This document shows, piece after piece, positions 15,740 through 27,500 of a stretch of 34,521 bases of DNA. Origin of the DNA: an uncultured Clostridia bacterium (GTDB taxonomy: Bacteria; Bacillota; Clostridia; Christensenellales; UBA1242); the NCBI GenBank assembly GCA_944349915.1, contig CALVNU010000001.1, forward strand, positions 1 through 34,521. The letters are read 5' to 3'. The first letter of the stretch is position 1. Each line of letters starts with the position of its first letter. Both the position numbers and the translations under genes were made by a program. The notes under the pieces are model-generated. The model had not been told where the DNA came from and made no database searches. It worked only from the letters and a program-made list of their open reading frames with translations.

Positions 15740-18421
15740 ATGAAAAATAATTCATTAAAGCATGCAACATTCTCTATTTTTAAATTGATGAGTTTTGTTT
15801 GTCTTCTTTTGTGTTTGTCGTTTTTTGTAGGTATAATTCCAATATCTACAAATCAACAGGCGGAAGGGGCGAGTTCAACATCAATTGAAAATTATGATGA
15901 TTATATTGATTATTTTAAAGCAAATACAGATGACCCTTTAAACAATGCTTTGGTTGCGTTTTACACGGCATTTGAAAATAATATTGAAGAGATAAAAAGT
16001 GGCTCGTTTGAAATTTCCATGAGAGAGGAAGGGCTATACAATGCTGTCAAATCTTTGTCCTATCAAGATATACATTCTGCTTTGGCGGGAGCAGTAAATG
16101 CTTTTATGTATGACAACCCAGAAAACTTTTTTATTGATTTTACTCAAATAGACATGTCGTTTCCACCGTTTAATAGTATATTTTTAAAATATGATGTGAC
16201 TGTTTCGGCAAATATTTGTTATATTGAAGGAATTGTCAATCAAAACAGTTTAGACAATATGATAGAGCAAATGAGAACCGAGCGTGATGAAATAATCGAT
16301 TTATTATATGCAACATATGGAGATAATCCAACAGATTATCAAATTGTCTATTTTGTAAATGATTATCTTGTGGATAATGTGGTGTATGATGTAACAACAA
16401 ACAAAACCTTTGTGCACACAGCGTATGGCGCTCTTGTTAATGACGAAGCAGTTTGTGATGGTTATGCCTATGCGGCGCAATATATTTTAGACGAACTCGG
16501 AGTTGCCAACCTTGTTGTGGCAGGAAAAGCGTACAATCCGTCAACAGGAAGCAGTGAGGGCCACATGTGGAGTTATGTGAAACTTTATGGGCATTGGTAT
16601 GGTCTTGATGTAACATGGAATGATCCAATTTATTATTTTACTCCGTCCGAAGCGGTTTACAACGCAAACAAAGTGAGATATTTTTTGGTTGGTGGAGATG
16701 AGGCAACCCAAACAGGATTTTACAAAATGGAGGGCGATTCGGATGCTCGCGTTGTAAGTAATTATCAAATTTATTTTACTTCAAACGATACCAAACTAAC
16801 CATGGAACTTCCGCATCCAGTTATTGAAAAAGAAGACTATATAGACCCAACATTTGAAGTGAGAACGCAAAAGAAAACGAGTGGAAATTCCACGGAGTCG
16901 ATGGCGATTTCGCTTGTGGCGCAAAACAAACTTGATGATATGTATTTTGCCTATAGCGTAAGTTACGATAATGGTGCAACATTTGGAGAAAAAGTTAAGT
17001 GTGAAAATTCAATGGCTATTTCCGATTCTGCTAAAAATGGCACCTACAAGTTTTATTTGATGTCAAGCGATGGGAAAATTGTAAAAGAAAGTCAAACGGT
17101 TGCGGTTGAAGTGGGGCAAAAATATAACTTAACAATCAACAGCCAAGAAGGCGTTGAATATCAAATTATCCCAGACCAAATTGACGGATATTATGAAGGG
17201 AATTATGTGAAAATTGAGTTGACGGCCCTGCCTATTGGAAAGGAAGGTGTTATAACAAGCAATCAAGTTGAAATTGCACAAATTGAAGAAAATTGGTTTG
17301 CTTTTAATTTTCCAAAGGGTGATTTAACTCTTGAAATTGGAACTCAAGACAAACTTTATAATATATTAGTAGCAGTGCAAGCACAAGGTGTTGAATATGA
17401 AGGTGCTGTTGAATATGAACTTGATAAAACCGAAGCCTATTATCAAAACAAGGTGCAATTGACAATCAATTCACTGCCGATTGGGAAAGAACTTGCTGGA
17501 GTTAAAATTGGGGAGATGGAATATGAAGGCGAGTTGGCACTAGGACAGCCTATTGAGATTACTATGCCACCAAATGATTTGGAAATTACCATTTTGCTTG
17601 AAGATATTGTGTATGATGTTATGCTCACAAACAATTCCGAATATCAAATTGATTACAATAGCAACGCAATCTATCAACAGGAAGTTAGTATTGTTGCAAC
17701 AAACTTACCAGAGAATAAAAAAATTGTTATTTCTGGCGTTGAAAATATACAGTATTTGACCAACTCGCAAGCATCTTTCGTTATGCCAGCGGACAATGTT
17801 GAAATAACACTTGATGTTGAAACCTTGGTGGAACATTCAATTTCCGTTTTGACCGAAAATGGAGTTGAAGTTTCTTTAAACCATTCGCAAGCTTATTTTG
17901 GGCAAGAAATTTTTGTAAATCTTTCTTACAATTACAATAAATATCGTGTAAATTCTGTTTTAATCAACGGGATTGAAGTTGTAAAAGTAGATAATTATAC
18001 CTATAGTTTTATAATGCCAGACGAAGAAGTTGAAATTGTGCTTGATGTTTATCAAATTCCAAACATTGTTATCACAAACGATATAGAATATACATTGACA
18101 TTTAATGAAGACACGAAAGGATATTATTATTTGATTACATTGGCAAATGTGCCGTCAAATTTATATGTTAAAAATATTAGCATAATTAACGAAAATGGCG
18201 AAAGTGTTTCTGCGATAACACAAATAAGTCAAAACACATTCCGCGTTGATGTTGCAGAAGATGATTTGACTATAACATTCAACTTTGGCGAAAAAGATTC
18301 AATGCCAGACAATAGCAAAGATGATTATATGCAAATTCTGGCGTTTGCACTAATATTTATTGCTGTGGTAGCCTTTGTTTCTCTTGTGATTTATCTTATA
18401 AGATTAAAAAGGAAGAAATAA
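15740..18421 (+). CDS. membrane-anchored extracellular transglutaminase-like (papain-fold Cys-His-Asp) protein with tandem beta-rich modules
   Basis: Start set at ATG 15740 (MKNNSLKHATFSIFKLMSFVCLLLCLSFFVGIIP, signal-like). The triad context is AVCDGYAYAAQY (Cys codon 16454..16456), EGHMWSYV and GLDVTWNDP. A C-terminal TM helix ILAFALIFIAVVAFVSLVIYLI is followed by RLKRKK. Confidence 0.78.
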   Translation: MKNNSLKHATFSIFKLMSFVCLLLCLSFFVGIIPISTNQQAEGASSTSIENYDDYIDYFKANTDDPLNNALVAFYTAFENNIEEIKSGSFEISMREEGLYNAVKSLSYQDIHSALAGAVNAFMYDNPENFFIDFTQIDMSFPPFNSIFLKYDVTVSANICYIEGIVNQNSLDNMIEQMRTERDEIIDLLYATYGDNPTDYQIVYFVNDYLVDNVVYDVTTNKTFVHTAYGALVNDEAVCDGYAYAAQYILDELGVANLVVAGKAYNPSTGSSEGHMWSYVKLYGHWYGLDVTWNDPIYYFTPSEAVYNANKVRYFLVGGDEATQTGFYKMEGDSDARVVSNYQIYFTSNDTKLTMELPHPVIEKEDYIDPTFEVRTQKKTSGNSTESMAISLVAQNKLDDMYFAYSVSYDNGATFGEKVKCENSMAISDSAKNGTYKFYLMSSDGKIVKESQTVAVEVGQKYNLTINSQEGVEYQIIPDQIDGYYEGNYVKIELTALPIGKEGVITSNQVEIAQIEENWFAFNFPKGDLTLEIGTQDKLYNILVAVQAQGVEYEGAVEYELDKTEAYYQNKVQLTINSLPIGKELAGVKIGEMEYEGELALGQPIEITMPPNDLEITILLEDIVYDVMLTNNSEYQIDYNSNAIYQQEVSIVATNLPENKKIVISGVENIQYLTNSQASFVMPADNVEITLDVETLVEHSISVLTENGVEVSLNHSQAYFGQEIFVNLSYNYNKYRVNSVLINGIEVVKVDNYTYSFIMPDEEVEIVLDVYQIPNIVITNDIEYTLTFNEDTKGYYYLITLANVPSNLYVKNISIINENGESVSAITQISQNTFRVDVAEDDLTITFNFGEKDSMPDNSKDDYMQILAFALIFIAVVAFVSLVIYLIRLKRKK
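17117..18297 (+). repeat. five tandem ~75-85 aa protein modules within the transglutaminase-like gene (divergent InlB-B-repeat-like)
   Basis: Each module starts Y-N/D-[LIV]-x-[LIV] or similar and ends F-x-M-P-x-x-[DE]-[LV]-E-I-x-[LI]. The module endings are FNFPKGDLTLEIG, ITMPPNDLEITILL, FVMPADNVEITLDV, FIMPDEEVEIVLDV and RVDVAEDDLTITFNF. The repeats are diverged at the DNA level. Confidence 0.6.
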
Positions 18422-18586
18422 CCTTTAAAAAATATTAAATAAAAAAGCAGGCTGTGTAAGTAAAAATTTTAAAAACGATAAAATTTTGTAAAATTATCAA
18501 AAAATGCTTGTTTTTTGAAATATTTGCTATAAAAATGCTAAAATTTATCGAAATTTCATGTAATTTTATAAAATAAGTGCTAAATA

Positions 18587-18620
18587 AAGACCGTCAATAA
18601 AATGGCGGTCTTTTGTTTTA
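18587..18620. terminator. hairpin terminator between the convergent transglutaminase-like gene and gpmI
   Basis: AAGACCG (18587..18593) pairs with CGGTCTT (18606..18612), followed by TTTTGTTTT. Confidence 0.6.
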
Positions 18621-18693
18621 AAAATTTATAGATTTGACAAAGTTGAAAAATTTTTAGTCTATAACTTTTACAATAAGTTTATGTTGAATATTT

Positions 18694-20202
18694 TTAAAAA
18701 AGTGGCTTGTTCATGTTGTTAGGAATTTCAATCCCTAGCAACTTGAGAACTGTTGGCGCAATAGATGCAATAGAGCACTTCTTGGCAAGTTTGACATTTT
18801 TGTGTTTCTCGGAAGCAAGATAACATGGCACAGGGTTTGTTGTGTGAGATGTGATTTTATTACCATTTTTGTCAAACATAAGTTCTGCATTGCCGTGGTC
18901 GGCAGTTATAATGCAGTCTCCGCCAGCCATAATTGTTGCAAGCGCAAGCGCATAGGCTTGTTTTTCTACACATTTGATTGCTTCTTTTGTAGACTCAAAA
19001 TTTCCAGTATGTCCAATCATGTCTGGGTTTGAGTAGTTGACCAAAATAAAATCATATTTTGCAGATGCAATAGCATCCAAAGTTTCTTCTGTTATTTCAA
19101 TTGCTCTCATTTTAGGATAGTAGGAAAAATCTTTGGCATTAACGCTTTCAATAAGTTTTCTATCTTCATTTTTGTATGGTTTTTCTATTGTCCCATTAAA
19201 AAAGAATGTTACATGGGCATATTTTGTGGTTTCGGCAATGTGGAATTGTTTTAAGCCATGCCTAGAGATGATTGCAGAAAGGTTGTCTTCAACCACTTCG
19301 GGAGGATATATAACATTGAGTGTTTTGAAATTTTCACTGTATAGTTCCATTGGTGAGAAAAGTAAATTTTTAAATTTTTTCACTTTAAATTTGTCAAATT
19401 TTGCATTTGTAAGCGCATTTGTAAGTTCAATAGCGCGGTCTGCGCGAAAATTATAGAAAATAACGCTATCCTTATCCTTTATTGTGCCTTCTTTGTCTAA
19501 CAAAACGGGCAGAACAAATTCGTCAAATGCACCAGTTTGATAACTTTCTTTTAAGGCTTCTTTGGCGGACAAGTTTTTAAAGTTTTTTCCATACACCAAT
19601 GTTTTGTAAGCAAGTTCCAACCTGTCATAGCGCTGTTCTCTGTCCATTGCATAAATTCTGCCTGCCAGTGAAGCAATTTTATAAGGAGTGTCTTTTATTG
19701 CTTGCTCAACCATATCAATATATTTTGCACCGCTGTTTGGTAAGGTGTCTCTGCCGTCCATAAAAGCATGGATAAAAACTTTATTCAAGCCATTTTCCTT
19801 GGCAAGTTTTATAATTGCTAGCAGGTGGTTTATATGGCTATGAATTCCACCGTCGGACAAAAGGCCCATCAAATGTAGCGAACTATTATGTTTTTTTGCA
19901 TATAAAATCGCCTTTAAAATATGTTGATTTTTAAAAAACGCTCCACTGCGAATATCATCATTTATTTTTTCAAGACTTTGTAAAACAGTTCTTCCAGCGC
20001 CCAGTGTAAGATGGCCAACTTCGCTGTTGCCCATTTGTCCAGCAGGCAAGCCAACGGCAAGCCCACTTGCTTCAAGGGTGGTGTAAGGATACATTTTTTT
20101 TAGTTTGTCAAGGTTTGGAGTTCCTGCCTCTGTAATGGCGTTCCCATACCTATCCTTTCTTATTCCAAAGCCATCTAAAATTATAAGCGTTACCATAATC
20201 AT
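18694..20202 (-). CDS. gpmI: 2,3-bisphosphoglycerate-independent phosphoglycerate mutase
   Basis: 502 aa with the LIILDGFG N-terminus, NSEVGHLTLGAGR (catalytic Ser context), GGIHSH and ITADHGNAE. The start may instead be the ATG two codons downstream. Confidence 0.93.
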   Translation of the reverse strand: MIMVTLIILDGFGIRKDRYGNAITEAGTPNLDKLKKMYPYTTLEASGLAVGLPAGQMGNSEVGHLTLGAGRTVLQSLEKINDDIRSGAFFKNQHILKAILYAKKHNSSLHLMGLLSDGGIHSHINHLLAIIKLAKENGLNKVFIHAFMDGRDTLPNSGAKYIDMVEQAIKDTPYKIASLAGRIYAMDREQRYDRLELAYKTLVYGKNFKNLSAKEALKESYQTGAFDEFVLPVLLDKEGTIKDKDSVIFYNFRADRAIELTNALTNAKFDKFKVKKFKNLLFSPMELYSENFKTLNVIYPPEVVEDNLSAIISRHGLKQFHIAETTKYAHVTFFFNGTIEKPYKNEDRKLIESVNAKDFSYYPKMRAIEITEETLDAIASAKYDFILVNYSNPDMIGHTGNFESTKEAIKCVEKQAYALALATIMAGGDCIITADHGNAELMFDKNGNKITSHTTNPVPCYLASEKHKNVKLAKKCSIASIAPTVLKLLGIEIPNNMNKPLF

Positions 20203-20220
20203 TTTTCCTTTTACCGAATA

Positions 20221-20249
20221 ATTTTATAAAAACAAGCAAAAAATGTCAA
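20221..20249 (-). promoter_or_regulatory. consensus-like promoter of gpmI
   Basis: On the minus strand: TTGACA (20249..20244), 17-nt spacer, TAAAAT (20226..20221). Confidence 0.6.
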
Positions 20250-20326
20250 TTTTTTAGCCTTTTTTACGCAAATTTTATAGAAAAATCTTAAAATTATTGT
20301 TTTTAGAATGTGCAAAACATAAAATT

Positions 20327-21028
20327 TTAAAAAAGATTATAGCGCTCTTTATGGATAATTGCGTTGAAAAGTTTTTCTTTGCAAGAAGGAAAAGAGGCTT
20401 CTAAAATTGTTAAAAGTTGTTTTGCGTTCTCTCTTTCTGTGTGTTTGTTGGCAGGGCATGGATTGTAAAGAACTGGGAAATTTTTGCTTATGTTTTGCAA
20501 ATCTTTTTCTTCCACATAAAGCAGTGGCCTTATAACAGTAAGATCGGTTTTTGAAAGATATGTTTTTGCTTTAAAGGTTGAAAGCCTGCCTTCAAAAAAC
20601 AAAGAAAGCAAAAATGTTTCAATAAGGTCGTCTCTATGATGACCAAGCGCAACCTTGTTGCAACCAAGTTCTTTAGCCTTGCCGTTTAACAGCCCTCGCC
20701 TTAAATTTGCGCAGAGTGAGCAGGGATTTTTTTCTTTGCGAATGTCAAAAACAATTTCAAAAACATTTGAAGGCACAATGGTTAGTGGAACTTCAAGTTT
20801 TTCGCAAAAAGATTGGAGGTGTGAAAAATCACTTTTCCCACCCGTCAAATCAACAGAGATTGCAATTAGTTCAAAGTTTGGGAAAATATATTTTTGATAC
20901 TCTTTTAATGCCACCAGAAGACTTAAACTGTCTTTTCCGCCAGACAGCCCAACTGCAATTTTGTCTCCATTTTCAAGCAAAGAATGTTCTTCTATAGCCT
21001 TTCTCATTAAACTTAAAATTTTTCTCAT
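20327..21028 (-). CDS. ttcA: PP-loop ATPase, tRNA 2-thiocytidine (TtcA) family
   Basis: SGGKDS PP-loop, the CSLCANLRRG CxxC motif and GHHRDDLIET. 233 aa with a GAGGT RBS. The subfamily assignment is from memory of motifs only. Confidence 0.75.
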   Translation of the reverse strand: MRKILSLMRKAIEEHSLLENGDKIAVGLSGGKDSLSLLVALKEYQKYIFPNFELIAISVDLTGGKSDFSHLQSFCEKLEVPLTIVPSNVFEIVFDIRKEKNPCSLCANLRRGLLNGKAKELGCNKVALGHHRDDLIETFLLSLFFEGRLSTFKAKTYLSKTDLTVIRPLLYVEEKDLQNISKNFPVLYNPCPANKHTERENAKQLLTILEASFPSCKEKLFNAIIHKERYNLF

Positions 21029-21324
21029 ATTAACCTCAATTTTGATTTTATCATAAAAAATTGAAAAAAATATAGAAAAATATAAAAAATTCGTAAAAAA
21101 TATAAAAATTTTGAAAAAAAAAATAAAAATTTACAAATAATGCTTTAAAATAACATTTTTTAACAATTTTGCAACATTTTTCTGCTTGATTTTTTAAGGT
21201 TGTAAAATAAACAAAAGTTTTTTATCTGTCTTTTCTAACACATAAAAACAAAAATATATAAAAAAATAAATAATAAATTAAAAAAAATTTAAAAAATTAA
21301 TTATCTACTACAGCCCAAATTTAT

Positions 21325-21353
21325 TTGACAATTTATGACATAAAAAGTATACT
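21325..21353 (+). promoter_or_regulatory. consensus-like promoter of the giant gene
   Basis: TTGACA (21325..21330), 17-nt spacer, TATACT (21348..21353). It sits downstream of a ~250-bp almost pure A/T tract. Confidence 0.62.
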
Positions 21354-21440
21354 TTTTATAAAGGTCGACAGAAGACCTCTTTTGTCGAGCAATTTGTGTT
21401 TAATATTTTTGAAATTACAAATATTAAACAAGGAGGCAGA

Positions 21441-21509
21441 ATGAAAAAATTTATTGTTGCATTCTTAAGTTTATTTACTTTGCTTGGCGCATCTATTCTG
21501 TATGCGTGC
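21441..21509 (+). other. lipoprotein signal peptide with lipobox
   Basis: MKKFIVAFLSLFTLLGASILYA|C: KK n-region, hydrophobic core, and an L-Y-A-C lipobox with the Cys codon at 21507..21509. Confidence 0.8.
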
Positions 21510-24500
21510 GGGCCAACAAATATAGAACTTTCTCTTTCACAGCAAAGTGTGTCTTTGCAACTTAACGGAACAGAGGAAGCCAAGGTTGCCACTATTATTG
21601 CAGATGTGACAGGAACAGACGATAAATCAATATCGCTTGACTTTGTCTATGATGACGATATTATTTCTCCATCTGTGTCTCAAAACAGTCAAGGGCAAAG
21701 CGTTATCACCCTAACTGCAACCAATGAGGGGAGTACCGAACTTGTTGTTACAACAAAACAAGGCAGTGTAAAAAAATCTATCTACATTGAGGTTTATACA
21801 GAAGTAACTTCAATGATTGAAAAGAAAGAAGACATTGCAGAGGGGGAGAAGAGCACAAGATTTTTGATTAAAAATGACACATATCAAACTTTAGATGCAA
21901 ACAGTCTTATTTCATTTACTCCATCTACAAGCACAAGAAAAAATGTGGTTTGGACATTTGAGGCTAGTGGCACAACAGAGTATAACGGTGCAAATATTGT
22001 CGGCAATCAAATTTACATTCCTCAAACCTTTAGCGAAAACGAGGTTGTTTTAAGGGCAACTTCGGCAAACAATCCAGATGTTTATGTTCCAAACAACATT
22101 ACAATACCTGTAATAGAACAAATCACAATTGAAAATATAAGGCTTGGCGCGTCTATTTATGCGACCACAGGTTTTGATTACACAACGACGGCAAACGGAG
22201 AACCTTTGGGTGAAGTTTCTGTTGAAATCACCCCAAATCTCTCACAGTATGAAGATTCTGGAGATCCTTCACCAGACGGCCCACATGAAGATATTGCTTA
22301 CATAAAAGTTGAAACAGAATTGACTAACAGCCTTGAACTTATCCCAACTATCACCGATGTGTATGGAAATCCGTCAAATTTGTTGACTGTGCTTAGTGAG
22401 AACACTACAAATGGATACATTTTTTCTGTAAAAGCATCAAAGTCTTCTGTGAACCAGGACTTTTATGTTTCTTTCAAAATTGGCTATAAAAACTATGATT
22501 ATAGCATTGATATTTCTTCTGCATATCAAGAAATCGGGCAAGAGTATGGCAGAATTTTAGTTGAAGCGGCAGATAAAATAGAAAAAGTTTCTGTTCTTAG
22601 AAATAATATAGACGCCAGCCTTAACACTCAAACGCTTTATTCTCATTATGCAAGCAATGTAAATTCTGGTTATGGTCAATTGTATAATGTAAAACTTACC
22701 CCAGACACTGTTTTATGGGGAGAAAATGGCGAGGCAACTGGAGAATACACAATTTCGTTGCCAGCACAAGAAGGTGATATCAATCCAATCAAGGCATACT
22801 ATCGTTTAAATGGTGTTTACACAGAAATCGGCTTTACGCTTGAAAATGGCGTGTGGATTTCGGAAAAAATTGCAAGCACATCTTCTCTCACATTCGAGCA
22901 TAACCTTTACCTTAAGGCAAATGAAGAATATTTTGCAGAGCAAAGCATCACATTTAAAAGCGGTATTTTACTTACTTTTGCTTCAATTGATAATCCTAGG
23001 GCATCAACCGCAACAGTTGAATTCAACATTGTTAAGACGGCAGATGAGATGTCAATTACAGGCGAGAACGATGAGGCTGTTTCTGAAATTTCAATCAACA
23101 GCACAACTGCCACAGAAATGCAATTTATATTTATCTTGCATGGACAAACAACTGTTGATGGCTTGTCTGTAAATTCAAACAGCCAATATGTTGAAGAATT
23201 TGGCTCGCCAGAATTTATTTCAACAAATGGTGGAGAAAATGTTCGTTTTAGCATTACTATCAAATTAAAGAATGAATATATTGGACTTACCAACAGAAGC
23301 ACATCATTTACCATTAGGCATGAAAACGGAACAGAAAGTTTGCCAATAACTTTGAATATTTATTTCCCACTTACAAACGCAACTGTTTCTGCGAGCAACA
23401 CATCGGCATCAATTGTGATGAATAATCAAAGCAGTTATATAATTTCAAATGACGGTATAAACTTAAACGGCTCTCTCTCTGCAGGCGTGTTAATGCTAAA
23501 AAATGGAACAACAACACCACTTATTCATAGTTATAACACAAGTTCAAACGGCAAAGAGGCAAATGCTACAGTGTCGGTAAACTTCTATGATTTTGATGAA
23601 AACAACGAATATGGAATAAGTTTGCAAGATTTTCTTGCTTTATACAATAGCACTAGTGAAGATATAGAAAGCAATTTGCAAACTATTATTGACAGGGCGG
23701 TGGAGACAAATAGCAATGTTGTAACTTTTGATAGTTATGCAAATAACAATCTTAGAACAACACATGAAGGTTACACATACATTGTGTTTACATATCAAGG
23801 CATTGGTGAAGGAGCAATAACTGCGTCATTCAAGAGAGTTGTGCTTGTTCACTCATATAATGCAGTTGAAAGTTTTAATGTCAATCCTGCAAGTGATAGA
23901 AACTTTACTCTTTATGCCAGCGATTCTGTTGGCGAAACGGGTGATACAATTCAAAAAACAATCACCGTTTCATATTCTTCAAACGCTATAACTTACAAAG
24001 CAAATTCAAACTTTAAATTTATAACAGAATTTGCTGGTGTAAGATATACTGGAACAATTGATGACAATTCAAGAGTGATTTGGTATGATGAAAACAACAA
24101 TGTCAACACAGAACTTGACAAATATTTCCAAATCACAGCAGTACCACAGGATACACATATTTCATTTACAGTCTATGCAATCTCTACAAACGGACAAATA
24201 AACAGTCCTCATACAATCTATCTTCAATATATCCTTACAAGTGGAAATGCAGGGCTTAACAATGCAGGGCTTAATGACTCAACTTCTCCATACGAGGCAG
24301 TTGTTAGTTTTACAATTATAAATGCCGACAGGGTGGAAGAGGTTATTGTTGACGGTGTTGATGAAGACGGTATCTATTTTGAAATCGGCTCTTTGACTTC
24401 AACATCACAGTTTGTTATTGTACAGACTGGGCCAAGCAATGCAAAAAACACTGGTGTAAGTTATGTTGTTGCAAATAAAAATGGAGAACAAACCTCTCCT

Positions 24501-27500
24501 ATTGTAAATGTTACAGCCCTTCCTAGTGTTAACACAAGACTTAAAATCGACCTTTTAAACACAATTCAACAGGGCACAAGTGGAGCACTTTATATTTTCC
24601 CAACAGATGCAGTTAATAACGGAATTATAAACTATCAATTTACCAACAGCCAAGGTGAAATTGAAAGGGGAACACTCAACCTTGCCGACCTTGGAAAAAC
24701 CAGAAGCGACAAAAAGACAAACTTTGAATATTTGATTGAAAATGCTTTCTTTACAAATAACCAGGGCGAGCAGATTAGTTTTGCCAACATCTTTAAAAAG
24801 GTTAAAATCGAAGTTGCCGACGGAAGAAGTTTTGCTCATGCTTTTAGAGTTTATGACGAAACTGGCTTTGACCATGGAGATGGCTCAAGCACATATTTCT
24901 ACTCTGTTATGAACGATATATCTGTGGGCGCTGGCAATGTTTTTGACAACTTTACAGGTGGCGTACAAGGATATAATAACAACAGCGATATCACAATAAC
25001 TTTGACTGGCTCTAATTTTGCAAACACACTTACAAAAAACGGAAGTGAAGGTGGTCAAATTCGAGATATCTCCTTCAATGGAAATGTTACAGGAACGGGC
25101 TTTGTTGTTGGAACAAATAACGGCACAATCACAAATGTTACAGTTGATACCAATGGGCTTTATAGCAGTGTTTTAACAGGAAACGACTCATATGTTGGCG
25201 GAATTGCTGGCATTAACGGCAAAAGCGGAACAATTACAGATGTGTCTGTTTTAGGGCTACAAATCAACGCCGGAAATTACACGGTAGGCGGTGTGGCTGG
25301 TCAAAACAAGGGTATAATCACCATTGCAAGAGTAGAATTCTACAACCTGGCAAACACAGAAAACACAGAAGGAACCAAACTTAACACATTCAAAGGCTCT
25401 GTTGTTGGTGGCGTTATTGGCGAACAACAAGTTTCTGGAACAATCTCTCAAGTTTATGCTTACGACTATATCTTGACAAATAACACAAGCAACGCAAGGC
25501 TTAATGGCGCTAAAGTTGGCGCTATAGTTGGAAACTATACAGCAAGCGGGCAACTTACTTTTGTTGAAAGTTTTGCCGTTGTTGACAATTTAAGCACACT
25601 TGAAAACTTTGTAGGCTCAAAAGCAGACAGTGCAACATTGTCTTTTGCAAACAGTTATATTGGATATTATAATGATAGCAATACATATACATTTGTATAT
25701 TCAATGTCGGATGGAGAAAACAGCGACTTTGCAAACAATAGCGAGCGCATTATCACTTCAAGCGATGCAAACTTTAATAAAAATATAAATGGTGGAAATG
25801 CATATTTAAGATATTTCTATCAAGATGAAAAGGTTTCAACTATAAATTCTACTTTCAACACGGTTTTAGAGAACAACTTGTATAAAGCAATTCAAACAGG
25901 CTCTTCTCTTGTATTCTTTAGAAACAATATCAATGTTGGAACAAATTCTCTTTCAACATCACAATCTCAAGACTATAAAGAGTTAAACACAATTTCAATT
26001 GCAGATTTGCTTGAAGGCTACAATAAAAACATAATTGTTTCTTCAAATTCAAGCAGTGTGATTGTTAGTGGTTCGGAACTGTTTATCCAATCAATTGGTC
26101 AAGGAAAGTTGACAATTTATTCAAAACAAGATGTTTCCGTCAATATTGATACAGATTTTGTTGTTGACAAAGCATTAAGCACAATTTCCTTAATTTCGGA
26201 AAACGCAACAGGAACAGTTGAACATTTTGCTCAAGACAGTGAAACCACAGTAAATATTCAAAAATCAAAATCAAGATTATTTGTCGCAGGATTTACTACG
26301 ACAAGCGTTTATCTTGGACTTGACGCGCAAGAGTTTGAACTTGATATGCTTTCAAACTTTGCGTTCTCGGCAAAGAATGCAGATGCCGAATCTTCTATAA
26401 CAGAAACAAAAGACAAATCATCATTTACACAAATTTCAAGCACAACATTTAGCGTTGTTTCAAATGGGGATAGTGCTACAACATACACAATCTATCCAGT
26501 TTTGAGTGATATGACATCACTTCAAGGGCTAGTTGATGTTACTATCACAATCAATCCTGTTGATGGTGCGATAGCAATCGGCTATGATGGTGATGAAATT
26601 TCAATGTCTCCATCAACAGTTGCCTATGTCAATGTTACAATGGAAACTACCGATGCAAATGATACAGTTGCACCACAAATGTCTTTGGTTGCAAATGGCG
26701 TTGAAACAAAACTAACTAAGAAAGCAGCCGACAATACATTTACATTCTATAAACCACAAGACACAACGCCGATATTTACAGTTACAAGAAGCACTCCTAC
26801 AACAGACAGCAGTAGTGGTATGATTCAAACAAAAGAATTTTCTTTTAGATTTGAAGTTGCGGATGAGTATAAAGACAAACTTAACCAAGATGAGCAGTAT
26901 AGCGTAAATTTTGTTTCTAGTTCTCAATTTACTTCTGGCTCATTAACAATCAACCTGGCAAGACAGGGTATTACAAAAGCAGATGTAACCAATTTCAAAG
27001 TTGACCAAACCTCTTTTAATAGTGGCATAACTTCATACACAACATTAAGCACTTCAACGGGCGTTATGGCTCCAGGAACATCTTCAATTCTCCATGCAAG
27101 TGTAAATCCTGCTTATGCTTATTATGATTATATGGAAGTTACTGTAACTGGTGCTCCAATTGCAAGCGCTGTTGTGTTTATTCCTGTTGAAAAAACAAAC
27201 AGTAATTTACAATATAGAACTACAGAAGATATAACATTTGAAACTTTGTCAAATGGCTTTAGATTTACACCGGCTTCTTCGTATACGCGTGATGAATATG
27301 GCGGAATAAATCCAAAATATGACCTATATTTCCACGCAACCTTCAACCGCGCTATTCCAGAAGATTGCACCCTTACAGTTACTGCAACATATTATGTGTT
27401 CAACAAAGAGACAGGAGAGGCTCAAGTTGTTGACTATGTAAACACTTTTATCTTTGTATCATATCTTGCCGAGCCAACAATTACGGTTGATGGATACAAC

